In this document: positions 24,601 to 37,803 of the stretch, piece by piece
How the letters are laid out: every line of letters starts with the position of its first letter
Position numbering within the stretch: the first letter of the stretch is position 1
From: Octopus sinensis
Taxonomy: Eukaryota
Direction: 5' to 3'
Assembly: GCF_006345805.1 (NCBI RefSeq)
Contig: NC_043010.1
Location: forward strand, 33,542,001 to 33,606,000
Length of the DNA: 64,000 nt
The notes under the pieces: model-generated
What the model was told of the DNA's origin: nothing
Seen by the model: only the letters and a program-made list of their open reading frames with translations
The model's database searches: none
Program-made: the position numbers and the translations under genes

Positions 24601-27600
24601 TAAATATAGTCTTTTATTTTTTTTTTTATTTGTTTCAGTCATCAGACTGTGACCATACCACCTTGAATGGTTCAGCTCATCAAATCAACCCTATTGCTTT
24701 TTTTTTTTTTTTTTCAAGTTTGGTATTTATTCTGTCAGTCTCTTTTTGTCAAACCACCAAGTTGCAGGGATGTAAACAAACCAGTAATAATTGTCAAGCA
24801 GTGGGGAGGGACAAACACAAAACACACACACACATGACAAGTTTCTTTCTGTTTCTTATTTCTTTATTGCCCACAAGGGGCTAAACATAGAAGGGACAAA
24901 GACAGACAAAAAGATTAAATCGATTACATCAACCCCAGTGCATAACTGGTACTTAATTTATCGACCCCAAAAGGATGAATGGCAAAGTTGACATCAGCAG
25001 AATTTGAACTCAGAATGTAATGGTAGATGAAATACCACTAAGCATTTTGCCCGGCATGCTAATGTTTCTGCCAGCTCGCTGCCTTTCTTTCAGTTTCTGC
25101 CGAACAAATCCACTTACAAGGCTTTACAGGTTGGTCCCAGGCTATAGTAGAAGACACTTGCCAAAGGTGCCACGTAGTGGGACTGAACCTGGAACAATGT
25201 GGTTGGGAAGCAAACTTCTTACCTCACAGCCATGCCTACAAATAAATAAAGGTGTTATCACTTCTTACACCTGCAAGATGTTTCTACTTTAGTATGCTTA
25301 TTTATCACTTGGTAGATTGAATCAGCAGCACCTGAGTCCTTGCCACAGATATAATTTAGCAACAGTAGAGTAATGGGTAGTACAATTATCAATAACTACC
25401 CAGAAACTCTGGTTTTAGTAAATGAGAAAGAAAGGAAAAAAAATCTTCCCCCAGCTGCTAACTTATCACAAATAATTTTCCCATCAGATAGAACATTAAG
25501 TGCAAATAGCACTGCAAGCCAACGAACTATTGTGTTATTACTGTCCAGTGGTGATTGCCTGGATGTCCTTTGCGGGTTAACTGCCCTCTATTGTATATTA
25601 CTGTATACACATGTACACATACACATGCCATGCCACATGTACACACTGCTTGATACTTATGGTTGTCTATCAGATCCAATGAGGACGACCATCAACTTTG
25701 TTTGTGGATCCTTTGGTAACTGTACATCCCAGTCCTTGATGTGCAACATTGGTTTGCAGATGGGATAGGTTAATGTTTGGTTGGAGTGACCAGGTATGCA
25801 TTTGGACATGTCAAAGTTGTTCTTTCCTTTCCCTGTCTCCCCAGTCACTCTCTGTCTCTCTGCTCGTCTCTCTCTCTCACACACACCTACACGCCTCTCA
25901 CTCTGACACACACTTTTTCATATTCCTCTCACTCTGTCTTTCTCACATACACTCTCTTTTATTTGCTCCCCCACTCTCTCTTTCTCTCTCATTGTCACAT
26001 ACAGCTGCTGTGTTCATAAAACACATTGCAAAACAACATAACCAGATGCGCAGATGCAGCTCCCCTTCCTTTTCTATTCTAGGTTCAAATATAAATACTT
26101 TCTCTTGTTCTCACTTTCTCTCTCTCTCCTTTTTTCCCTTTCTTGTTAACTGAGGGTCAATATTTTAGTGACCCTTTACTCCCCTTTTAACCAGTTAAAA
26201 AATCAATTGTTAATAATTGGGGCTCACCAGAAAATAAAATGTATTCCAACAATGATACACTAAGAAATTAATTCCAAGTTTTTCCTGGTTTCTTCTTCTT
26301 ATTATTAGGGTGAGGAATTAACAGAAATTTTAGAGCAACAGACAAAATGCCCTGTGGTATTTGTTCCAGCTGTCTACATTCTCAGTTCTAATTTTGCTAA
26401 AGGAATCATACCATCCTTTCAAAACCAATCCAATAAAGTACCAGTTATGCACTGGGATCAATTTAATAAATTACTCCTCCACCAAATTTTTAGCCTTGTG
26501 TCATTGTTAGAAGTTATCAAAGGCAGTGTAAAGTCGTGGCATAGGGTATGCGGCTTGCGGTCATAAGGTTGTGAGTTCAGTTCTTAGTGACACGTTCCAT
26601 CCTTGAGCAAGCCACTTTATCTCATGTTGTTCCAGTCCTCCCAGCTGGTAAAAACGAGTTGTACCTGTAATTCAAGAAGGGCCAGCCTTGTCACATTCTG
26701 TGTCGTACTGAGTCTCCCTGAGAATTCCATGAAGGGTATCTGTGTCACGAGCAAGCTGTTTCCATTGATTAAATCAACTGGAACCTTTGTTGTCATAACT
26801 AACCGGGTGCCAATTAGCAAGGGTGGTGGATTGGCAAACTTATCAGTGTTGTGACACACATCGAACTAAATTCTAGCTCCTTACATTCTGAGTTCAAATT
26901 CTAAAATACCAGTCTACTATCAGGTTCAATGTAATCAGCTAAAGCCATCCTCTCAAAATTTGCATCATCTTGTTTACTTTTTTACTTGTTTCAGTCATTT
27001 GACTGTGGCCATGCTGGAGCACCGCCTTTAGTCGAGCAAATTGACCCCAGGACTTACTGTTGGTGGGGGGGGGGGGGGCAAACACAGACACACAAACATA
27101 CACACTCACACACACACACACACGTACATATATACAACGGGCTTCTTTCAGTTTCTGTCTATCAAATCCACTCACAAGGCTTTGGTCAGCATGAGGCTGT
27201 AGTAGAAGACACTTGCCCAAGGTGCCATGCAGTGGGACTGAACCCGGAACCATGTGGCTGGTAAGCAAGCTACTTACCCCACAGCCACTCCTGCACCTGT
27301 TTGTGCATTAATTAGAAACACCTGTGAAAAATATCTGCTAAAAATTACAGGACTTGTAGACAGAAACTGAAAGAAGCCTGTTGTGTATATATATATATAT
27401 ATATGTGTATGTGTGTGTGTGTGTGTCTGTGTCCCTCCATCATCACTTGACAACCGATGGTGGTGTGTTTATGTCCCCGAAACCTAGAAGTTTGGTAAAA
27501 GAGACCAATAGAATAAGTTCTAGGCTTACAAAGAATAGGCCCTGGGTGCGATTTGTTCGACTAAAGGTGATGCTCCAGCATGGCCGCAGTCAAAATGACT

Positions 27601-29265
27601 GAAACAAGTAAAAGTGTAAAAGAGTAAAGATTTATACTTAAATCATCATCATCATCATCATCTTTAAGGTGGTGAGATAGCAGAATTGTTAGCATGCCAA
27701 ATAATATGCTTAGCGGCAGTTCATCCATCTTTACATTCTGCCTTCAGATTCCACCGAGGTCAGTTTTGCCTTTCATCCTTTCAGGGTTGATAAAATAAGT
27801 AACAGTTAAGCACCGGAGCCAATGTAATTGAAATTACTGGTCTTGTGCCAAAATAAGAAATGGTTACTATTATTATTAAGGTGGCAAGCTGACAAAATTG
27901 TTAGAATGTCAGGCAAAATGCTTAACGGTATTTCTTCTGTCTCTACAAATTCCACTGGGGTCAACTTTGCATTTCATCCTTTCGGGGTCAGTAAATTTAA
28001 GTACCAGTGAGACCCCGGGGCTGGTGTAATCAACTAGTCCTCTCAACCCAAAATTTTAGGCCTTGTGATTATAGTAGAAAGGATTATCATCATCATCGGC
28101 GTCATCAATTATTCTTTCAACGTTTTCATGCAAGTTTCTACTACTCCACCAGGTGTCCTGCATGAGGTGTGTGCAGCATTGTTTTTTTCCTTTCTTCTTC
28201 TTTTAGAAGTGTCAAATTATAATTGTATTCTATGCTTTGTTGTGAGGTTTGTTTTTTTGTTTCTGGTGTTATTTTAGTATTTCTTTTGTTATGCATAGTA
28301 TGAGAGTATGTACAATGTGAGTTGTGCTATTGTGTTTGGCTGGTGTTTGTGTTTCATACGTGCTGTGCGATTTGTTGATATTATGGTGTTGGATGTCAAT
28401 TATGTAAGAGCATGGTATTGTTAGAAATATTGCCAGTCATGGTATTTAGCAAGGGGCTTGTTACTATTTAAAATAATATAAAATTTAGAGGTGTGTGTGC
28501 ATGTATGTGTGTGTGTAATAGTCAGTTGTCTAATGCACTTGTCAATGAAAATTGCTCTCTTGATTCAGTGAATTTTGCGACACTTGATGATACTGTAATA
28601 TTACCAACATGGCTATCTGCACCAGTGCGACAAACAGACACAAATGCATTTGTGTTATATTGTTTCTATTATAGGCACAAGGTCTCTAAATTGTGGGAAG
28701 AGTTAGGCAAGGAAATCAGTTGTGTAGAGTATGTGTTGTGTTATGTTGTTGGTTGTGATTTGTTTGGTGTATGAAGTATGTTATTTTGTGAAGTGGTAAT
28801 TGTATAGGGCATGTGTTGCAAGCAAAATACCAGTTGAGATGTGCTTTTCAATCAGAAGTTTTTTTGTACAAAATCTGGGTTGGGCCTAGCAGAGATGCTT
28901 CTTTATATAATATATGTGGAGGTGTGAGCACCTATATACTTCTTGTTTGTGAGCCTTCTATATCATATTTAGTGATTCAAATATTCTTTTGTATTGTTTT
29001 TCACTTTCATACCCACCGAAACCTGTTTAGTTCAATTTTGTGATCTTTGTACTTGGACAGCTTCTCCACCTCATTCCAGGTGATGTTTTAATCAGATTAA
29101 CCTTACCCCAGGCAAGTCCTAAAAATTGATTGAATCCTTTAGTATTTGAACCAGCCATATCCTGCCAAAATATATTCTACCTGTTTTATGCTCAATGTGG
29201 CCAGATCCAGCTTCTCACACCCACCCTACAATGTTGCCTCATCAAAAACCTCAAAGCTACAAGAT

Positions 29266-29657
29266 ACTCTTTTACTTATTTCAGTCATTTGACTGTGGCC
29301 ATGCTGGAGCACCACCTTTAGTCGAGCAAGTCGACCCCAGGACTTATTCTTTGTAAGCCTAGTACTTATTCTATCGGTCTCTTTTGCTGAACTGCCAAGT
29401 TACGGGGACGGAAACACACCAGTTGTCAAGTGATGTTGGGGGACAAACATAGACACACAAACATATGTGTGCACATACACACACACACACACATATACGA
29501 CGGGCTTCTTTCAGTTTCTGTCTACCACATCCACTCACAAGGCTTTGGTCGGCCCGAGGTTATAGTAGAAAACACTTGCCCAAGGTGCCATGCAGTGGAA
29601 CTGAACCCAGAACCATGTGGTTGGTAAGTAAGCTACTTACCACACAGCCACTCCTAT
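29266..29657 (-). mobile_element. SINE family A copy inserted into a MITE-1 (about 29131-29819)
   Basis: Full reverse-complement match to 2650-3043, with MITE halves on either side. Confidence 0.85.
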
Positions 29658-29899
29658 GGCTAGGAGGCAACTGTTAGAATGGCATTGTAGGGTGGGTGTG
29701 AGAAGCCAGATCTGGCCACTTTGAGCATAAAACAGGTAGATAATGTATGATTAATTCAAAACAATGTGAATAAATAAGCATTACATTTGACAGAATAACC
29801 TGAATGCTAAAGGGTTAATCACCCAACACACCCACCCACTCCAAAACCTTTCTTGTCTTGTGTCTGTTTTAGACAGTGATAATGAAGTTTAGCATTGAA

Positions 29900-30130
29900 A
29901 ACAATCCTGAAGGATTGCAATTATGGTTTATTTTTGATGTGTGCAGTGATATGTCATGCTGTTTAAAGGAAGATAAGATTTGCATGGCCTCACTGAAATG
30001 TGGTATCATCTGCATAGATGTGTCTGTTGGAAGTGACAGCACATAGGTTACAGATGTATAGGTATTGGGGAGATATTGGAGATATCCAATCACTGGGACA
30101 TACCAGACTTGATATAGTGAGTGGGTCAGA
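29900..30130 (-). pseudogene. Decayed LINE reverse transcriptase fragment (CR1/L2/Jockey type)
   Basis: Minus strand gives IKSGMSQ*LD (degenerate SGVPQGS) then, after a frameshift, LYICNLCAVTSNRHIYADDTT. The YADD codons are at 30016-30005. Confidence 0.75.
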
Positions 30131-32407
30131 GAGATCTCCATTAGCATATGATGGCTATGACGCAATCTGACAGAAACCTACCAATCCAAGAGAGCAGAGG
30201 GGAACCCAGGCTGGCAATTTGTGTGCCACAGTTGAAAGATTTATTGATACCAAGGAATAACAACAACAACACTGCTTTTATCAAATTTGCCAATGTTATG
30301 TTTTAATACAGCATTATCAATTTACTTGAATGCCAACTAACCAAAAATGGAGTGAATATGTGAGCAATATATACTCAAAAATATACGCTGATTAAAGCAG
30401 AACCCAAAAATCCATGTGCAACACAAAGCAGTGTGCAAATTAGAACTATTAGTTGTACAAATTAACAAAATACAAATACAAAAGTCACCAAACTCAGTTC
30501 GATACCTACTCAGAACTGAAATAGAGCAACATAACAGCCAAGAACAAGAGTTTGCTGGTGAATGACATCAGAGAGTAGTGTGGTTTATGAAAGCCATAAG
30601 CAAGGAAAGGGATTCAGTGTGTTGGAGAAGGTTACTCTCAATGGCTGTCTTCTATAACTTTTGAGTTATTAGAAGTAGTGAGTGTGGTAAGATAATAGTT
30701 AGCAGAATCCAATGATTTACTATTCTTGAGAATGAGCAGGGCAGGAAAATTAACCATTGAGCAAAATAAGTATACACATAATGCATCAAGAGAGGTGGGG
30801 TGTTTGTGTACAAAAATAGTAAATGGTTCATGGCACAAAAGAAACTCGCTAAAATAATATTCAAAGTGGTTTATGTGATTGGAAATATAATTTTAAAGTG
30901 TTTGTGGTGTCATAGTGAGGATCTGATCAAAACCTTCGCAATTACAAAAAGTTAAAAACTTTTCAAATATAAATGATTTGGAAGTATACAAAAGTAACCA
31001 TTATTTTCCATCTTGCTGCAAGTTTTGTTTCATTTTGAAAAATTTTTTTAAAATTATCTTATGGTTTATTATTGTTTATATTTTGAATTATATATAGGGG
31101 AGGAGGGCACCAAAATCTTTTAAGTGCTAAGGGCCTATATGGGTTTTAATCTGGCTTTAGGAATGAAGCACACTGTAGCAAGTTTCAAAGATTGGGATAT
31201 ATCTCTGTTGAAAAAGACAGAGGTTGAAGAGTTTGCTGAGGACAAGGTTCACTGTGCTTTATATTTATGTAATCAAGGTAACATTATTGGAGTCTATGAC
31301 CCTGTTGGTTTTGTGTAAGTAAAAGTACTTTCACACTTGTTAGGGAGTATATGGGGCTGAGACTGGAGTGAAAGGGGATAATTTTGGAGGGGACTTAGAA
31401 TACACCAAATATTTTTAACAATTTTTGAATACTATTCTTTATAATTTTTAATTATAAAAATACAATGGAATTTTTTTAAACAGTGAATGGTTATGACAGT
31501 CCACCTTAGTAAAATAGGAATCAAAGCAGTCTACAAAAAATGGTTGAGAAACAATGATGTAGGGGATGGAACTAATTGATGTAGAGAGTTGATAGTTGAT
31601 GTGTATTTGTCAGTTTGTTTGTGTGCGTATAATCTTGACTTTTTATATATCTAGGAATCCATCATCCAATGTATTTTTTGTTTTTTTGTTATGCTTAAGA
31701 AGGCAGGTTGTGATTTGAGGAAGATCAGTCTGTTATTTTTAGTAAGTTGGGTTGACTCCAGTACATTTCACTATTGTGAGGTATTAGTTCCCGCAGTGTA
31801 TGTGTCACTGTGTGTTTGTGTTTGTGTATTTTGTGGCATGTGTATATGCTGTGTTTGTGTTACTGTGTGTGCAAGTGTGTGTATCTTGTGGCATGTGTAT
31901 GTGCAGTGTTGTGTCATTTTATGTGTATGTGTGTGTAGTCTGCATGTAGTTGTACAATACCTCTGTTGTCATGTTTTCAGTGTGTGTGTGAAAGAGAGAG
32001 AGAGAGGGACCATCGCATTTCCTCTTCACTGTCGGATTTGTCCCATTGTATCTAAATAGTTGTCTAATGTTGATAGTTGTGTACTCTAAGGATGACACCC
32101 TCAGGTTAAAGGTCAACTGTTAAATGCTTCATGCACTCAGAACACATCCTGCATGTATAGAAGAAGGCTTGTGTCTGTAGGTGTCTGTGTGAGAATGTGT
32201 GTGCGTATGTGCATAGGTCTTCTTGAATTGTAATTTAGATGTTTCCAAAACCCTGTTGACCCTACAATGGCATCCACACATGAGTGTCTACCCCCCCCCC
32301 CACTGAATATGTTTCCACATAACTTCCAGAAAGAATGGATATTTTTTAATGAAAATTTTGTACTGGTACACTTCAGATGTGTAGATTACAATTATATTGG
32401 AACTTGT

Positions 32408-32624
32408 GGGCGGTGTGCTGGCAGAAACGTTAGCAGGCCAGGCGAAATGCGTAGCCATATTTCGTCTGTCATTACTTTCCGAGTTCAAATTCCGCCAAGG
32501 TCGACTTTGCCTTTCATCCTTTCGGGGTCGATAAATTAAGTACCAGTTACGCACTGGGGTCAATGTAATCGACTTAATCCCTTTGTCTGTCCTTGTTTAG
32601 CCCCTTGTCGGTAGTAAAGAAATA
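32408..32624 (+). mobile_element. tRNA-derived SINE family B monomer with 11-bp TSD
   Basis: GGGCGGTGTGCTGGCAGAAACGTTAGC...GTAAAGAAATA, with TATATTGGAAC at 32393-32403 and 32625-32635. More than 20 homologous fragments lie in the window. Confidence 0.9.
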
Positions 32625-33880
32625 TATATTGGAACCTCTTGGTGAAAAACTTTTTCCAAGGGTGAGGTAAGGAGTTTCAGGAAATTCACACAAGTCCTCA
32701 TAACTTTTAGAAAAAATGGGTAATTTTTTAATGAAATTTTCTAAAAATACCTTTATATTGGAATTTAATATGAAAAAAAAAGGAAAAAAAAAACATCTAG
32801 TGGGCCCATACACATAAAGGCTTTTTAGTGGGTTGATGCTCGGCTGCAATTTCATTGAAAAATATTTTTTCCTATAAGCTCCAAGGTCCTATAAGTCCAA
32901 GGTCACTCTTGATCTAGCAGATCAATGATAAAAGATTGTTTTGGTAGTGATATCCATGTTTTAGGTTGTTTTTTTTTTCCTCCTTCCAAGTATAGTATAT
33001 GTAGAACAAAATTACTCAATATGTCCTTCCTCTTTTGATAAGATTCTGGTATGTGGAAAGAGATTTATCTACTATTTGTAGCAGATCGTGGAACCACAAA
33101 GGGACTATCGCATGGCCTTGCTTTTTTTTAATACCTAATAAATAAAGGAGGATGAGAGAAATTACTTATGTCCTTTGTTGACTCTTCTAAACTTGAAAAA
33201 TTGATATAGTTAATGACCTGTCTGTATCTTTTTTCAGTCATAAGACTGCAGTTATTCTGGGGCACCACCTTGAGGTTGGTATCCACATATAAAAACATAG
33301 GTAGGTAGGAAACTATGAGCTGTGGGGTTGGGGTCTCATGTCCAGTCTGGATGGTTGCAACAGTGTCATCTCTACTAGCCACTAAAAAAAAAAAAAAAAA
33401 AAAAAAAAAACGACATTAAAACCCTTTTGTTACCTTATTCCTATTGAAACACACTGTCTTCGTTTCAATTAATTTTGAAAATAATGAAGAGTTTTGTAAA
33501 ATACATTAGAATAGCTTAATCATTTTTAAGCTTATGTTTGGAACAGAAATTAGAATTAAATTTTGATTAAAGTTTTTAATTTAGATGATTTTGCAACAGG
33601 GGGTTTGTATCATAGAACCAGGAGCAGTCTTGAGCAGGTTCATACCAAAAGGGTTAAGCAGATAAATATTCCCCTGGATTGTATGGCTCTCTCCAAAAGA
33701 TTTTCCCTACAAACAGCTCCAACATGATCAACTGAGGCAATACAGAACAAAAAGATTCTCCCTCACTGCCCAAAAGAGTTTATTTTGTTAATCTTCAATT
33801 TTCATTAGCTGATAACATTGTGAACATCACTGGACAAAGTGCTCAGTGATATTTTTTCCAGTTACAATATTATATTCTGT

Positions 33881-34220
33881 ACATTATTTACATTATTTAT
33901 ATTTGACGGATATTTGTCCTCATCTTGTTTGTTGTTAACACAACGTTTCAGCTGATATACCCTACAGCCTTCATCAGGTGTCTTGGAGAAATTTTGAACC
34001 TGGGTTCTCATTCCTAAGGTATTTTTTGATGTTGTTATTATTATTATTATTAAGGTCACTGCCTGGAATCGAACTCGGAATTTTGGGGTTAGTAGCCCGC
34101 GCTCTTAACCACTACGCCATATGCCCGTGGGCAAGTTGAGGACAGATATCCGTCAAATATAAAAAATGTAAATAATGTAAATAATGTACATAATTCCTCA
34201 TCTCTTAAATATAGAACTAT
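33881..34220 (-). mobile_element. Fold-back tRNA-headed hammerhead retroelement (family A, locus 2, opposite orientation, inverted arm internally deleted)
   Basis: Minus-strand head with a perfect A box TGGCGTAGTGG (34119-34109) and B box GTTCGATTCC (34074-34065), then an (AAT)n linker, HHR and AAATAATGT-repeat tail. TSD TATATTCTGT at 33871-33880 and 34223-34232. Confidence 0.9.
33937..33982 (-). ncRNA. Minimal type I hammerhead ribozyme, intact core
   Basis: Minus strand reads GACAC-CTGATGA-A-GGCTG TAGGGTATAT CAGCT-GAAA-C-GTT-GTGTT. Stem I GACAC/GTGTT is 5 bp. Confidence 0.85.
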
Positions 34221-34779
34221 ACTATATTCTGTGTTTGAATGTTGCAGATGTTTGGTTTTGTCTTTTGTATTTCAGGAGCTCGATAAAATAAGTACCAGTT
34301 GGGTACCAGGGGCGGTGTAATCAACTTCCCCTCCCCTTAATATTACTAGCCTTGTGCCAGATTTAGAAAGAATTTTTCTTTGTTTCTTTTTTAAAACAAG
34401 TTTTGCTGTCCCTTTCACTTTTGCTTTTATTTCTGTCTTGTCTTTCTTTACCTCTCTTTCTCATGTTTCTCTCTCATATTTTCACTTACATTTTTTTTTC
34501 TCACTGTTCCTTTTTGTTCTTTTTTCCTCTCCCATCATTCTTACCTCCACCCTTATTTCTTATCCCTATTTGCTCCACTTCCTCTTCTCTCATTCTCTCA
34601 CTTTATGTTTCACATTATTTCCTCCTACCTGTTCTTTTTCTGGTCATGGTTAGGTACCGGCCAAGAAGCGGGACTTTCATATAATTCTCTGTATCCGTCC
34701 TCTCTCCAAAATGTGTAGCCTCTTTGCAACACGTTAGCATTCAGATTACTTTGTCAAATGTAATGCTTATTTATACACA

Positions 34780-34813
<34 letters not shown>

Positions 34814-35544
34814 CCACCACCACCACCACCACCACCATCATCGTTTAACATCTGTTCTCCATGCTGGCATGGTTTGGATAGTTTGATATGGAGCTGGCTA
34901 GCAGGGAGTTGTCCAGATTTCAACTCTGTCTGTTGTGGCATGGTTTCTATGGCTGGATGCTCTTCCTAATGCCAACCACTTAACAGATTGATTTAATCAT
35001 GTATTATCTTGTAGCTATGAGATTTCAGTGATGTGACTGTATATTTTTTGAATGTCCATTATAGGGTAGGTGTGAGAGGCCAAATCTGGCCAGTTGGAAC
35101 ACAAAACAGGTAGAATATTTTGACCAGATATGACCAGTTGAAATACTAAAGGATTAAACCAGTGTTTCTCAAGCATTTTTTAAACTTATGGATCCCTTGG
35201 ACCCCCATAGCCATTTGATCTTTAAAAACTACTTTCATAGAAACTTCCTTCAAAATTCATATTTTGTTTTCCACACATGAACTTTTATGTAGGTTGAATT
35301 ATGTAAAATGTTAGAGAAAGAAAACCTAGTTGTATGCAATACATACATCTAAAGCAAACATTTTTCAGGGGTCTTTAAAATACTATTGTGGATCCCCAGT
35401 TTATTATTTTGTTACTTTGACCACCACAAATCTTACTGGGATCAGTTAAGAACCATTGGGTTAAACATACCACTATATTGCAGATGTAGAATTAGCAATA
35501 AGACTACTAATTAAACTAACTTAACCATTTTTTTTCTCTTTCAG

Positions 35545-35573
35545 AATTCTACAGAAATGACCATAATTGGGAA
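35545..35573 (+). CDS. Candidate 29-nt exon of an unidentified plus-strand gene
   Basis: Branch-point-like CTAAC at 35516-35520, a pure polypyrimidine tract and TTTCAG acceptor, and donor GAA|GTAAGT. Open in two frames (xFYRNDHNWE or NSTEMTIIG). Coding status is not established. Confidence 0.55.
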
Positions 35574-36837
35574 GTAAGTGACTGAGATTTATGAGAAAAA
35601 CAGCAGAGACCATGAAAATATTTATTGGCCTAGGAGGGACTATACAATGACAATAATTTGTGAAAGAAGTCTCCATCTGGGCCACAATTTAACAGTATTT
35701 TAATACAAGTAAGTGTAGTGTTTTGCATGTCTTTTCTGTTTTATTCCTTTTGTCTGTTGAAATACGCTACCTTTGGTTTTGAAAATAATGAAGAATTTAG
35801 TAAAATAACTTTGTCCTTATTAAGTTGGTGTTTCATACAATCCTTATCATTATTATCGTCATCATTATTTTAAAGTCCACTTTTCCATGTTTGCATAAGT
35901 CGGATAGAGTTTATTGAGCCAGATTTTCTATAGCCAGATGCCCTTGTCACCTCTTTCCAAGCAAAGTAATATTTTCCCAAAGCCAGACGTGTTCTTGCAG
36001 AATATTGGAAATTAATGATACTGCTTGTATGACATTGACTTTCATTTACAACTGTCACACGATCCCAAGGCAAGGAGACATAAAGACACACACACACACA
36101 CATACAATGGGCTTCTTTCAGCTTCCATCTACACATTTATGTGTAGATGGAAACTGGAGTTATAGCAGAACAACTTGCCCAATGTGCCATGCAGTGGGAC
36201 TAAACCTAGAACCATGTGGTTGGAAAGCAAACTTCTTACCACACAGCCACGCATATACATATTTAACATGAAGTTTTGATGAAAGGTTTTCAACTTTGAT
36301 CTCTTTAAAACAGGTTGTTTTTATCAGAGAACCAGGGGTGGTATCAAAAAGTTTTAATTCTAATTTACTCTTTCACATACATTTACTGCTTCTAGCCAGT
36401 TGAGTGTGACCAGCCAGTGTTAAAAATTAAATTTATAAAAAGAATGTAAATGGATTTGTCATACACGAAAAACTGTGGTTGATGATTAGGGCTTCCAGCC
36501 ATTGAAACCATGTCTTGCTTAATTGAGCAATTTGTGGACCCCAATTCTAAGGCTATCAGAGGTAATTCAAACCATCATGACCCCTTGTATCGATGCCAAC
36601 ATGCAAAGCAGATGTATACTGATAGTGATGATGAGGACTAGAGAGGAACACATAGGAAGAAGTGATGAAGGCTGATCTCATTTTGTCAGCCCCAAAAGGA
36701 TTGAAAAGCAAAATGAACCTTGGTGGGATTTGAACTGGGAATGTTAAAGACAGGCTAAATGCTGTTGAGCATTTTGCCACAGCGTGCTAACATTTCTACT
36801 AGCTCACCATCTTGTGTATTTTCTATATTAACGTGAG

Positions 36838-36877
<40 letters not shown>

Positions 36878-37772
36878 ATTATTTACATATATTCTGGCAG
36901 CTGCCAGTGTTGGTTTTGATGATCCAATAATGAATAATGATAGCTTTTGAGAGATGAGCAAGGAGGGGAAAAGGTTGTGGGTGTGTCTGAAAACCGTGAC
37001 CATTATTATTAATTCTGTGTTCCAATCTAGGTCTATCTCACTCTACCATCTTTTTAGATTCTCAATGATTGCTGTGTTTAGTTTGTGTTTTTTTTTGGGG
37101 GGGGGGTATTTTTACAAACCACCACCATCACTACTATCACCATCACAACAATGAAAGCAATAAAAAAAAACTAACTTTTTTTTCTGTTCTATTTGACAAT
37201 AATTTTTTTCATTGTTTGACGCCTCTACCACTACCACCATCACAACAGTAATTCTTTCTTTTTTTTCTTTCTCTGTTTGACAACCACAACCACCAGCACC
37301 ACTACCATCTCCATTACCATCACAATTGATACAACACTAGTTCTTGTTCCTCACCTCCTCCAAATAACAACAATCACACCACCACCACCACCACTACCAC
37401 ATCAGCCATCACCTCCACATAAACCACCACCACCCCATCAACAATATCACTAATTATATATATATACTCACACACATATTACATACACACACACACACAC
37501 ACACACATATTACATACACACACATATTACATACACACACACACACATATTACATACACACACACACACACATACAACTCATATTTACCTACATTTCACA
37601 AAGTCTGTCTGTCTGTCTATCTCCCCCACTCTCTCTTTCTTTCCATCCCCCGTCCCTCTTCTCCCTTCTAGCTTTATTGAATTAAAACTAATTCATTACC
37701 ATAATCAAATTGTTGCTTAATTAGCTCTTAATTTGATATTTACATTTCTACAACTTGTCTTCATGGCAACCA

Positions 37773-37803
<31 letters not shown>

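Noticed and set aside
29107-29118. 12-nt minus-strand microexon GACTTGCCTGGG (TTTTTAG acceptor, GTAAGG donor)
   Set aside because: Only about 10 nt separate the acceptor from a MITE end, leaving no native branch point or pyrimidine tract. It needs RNA evidence.
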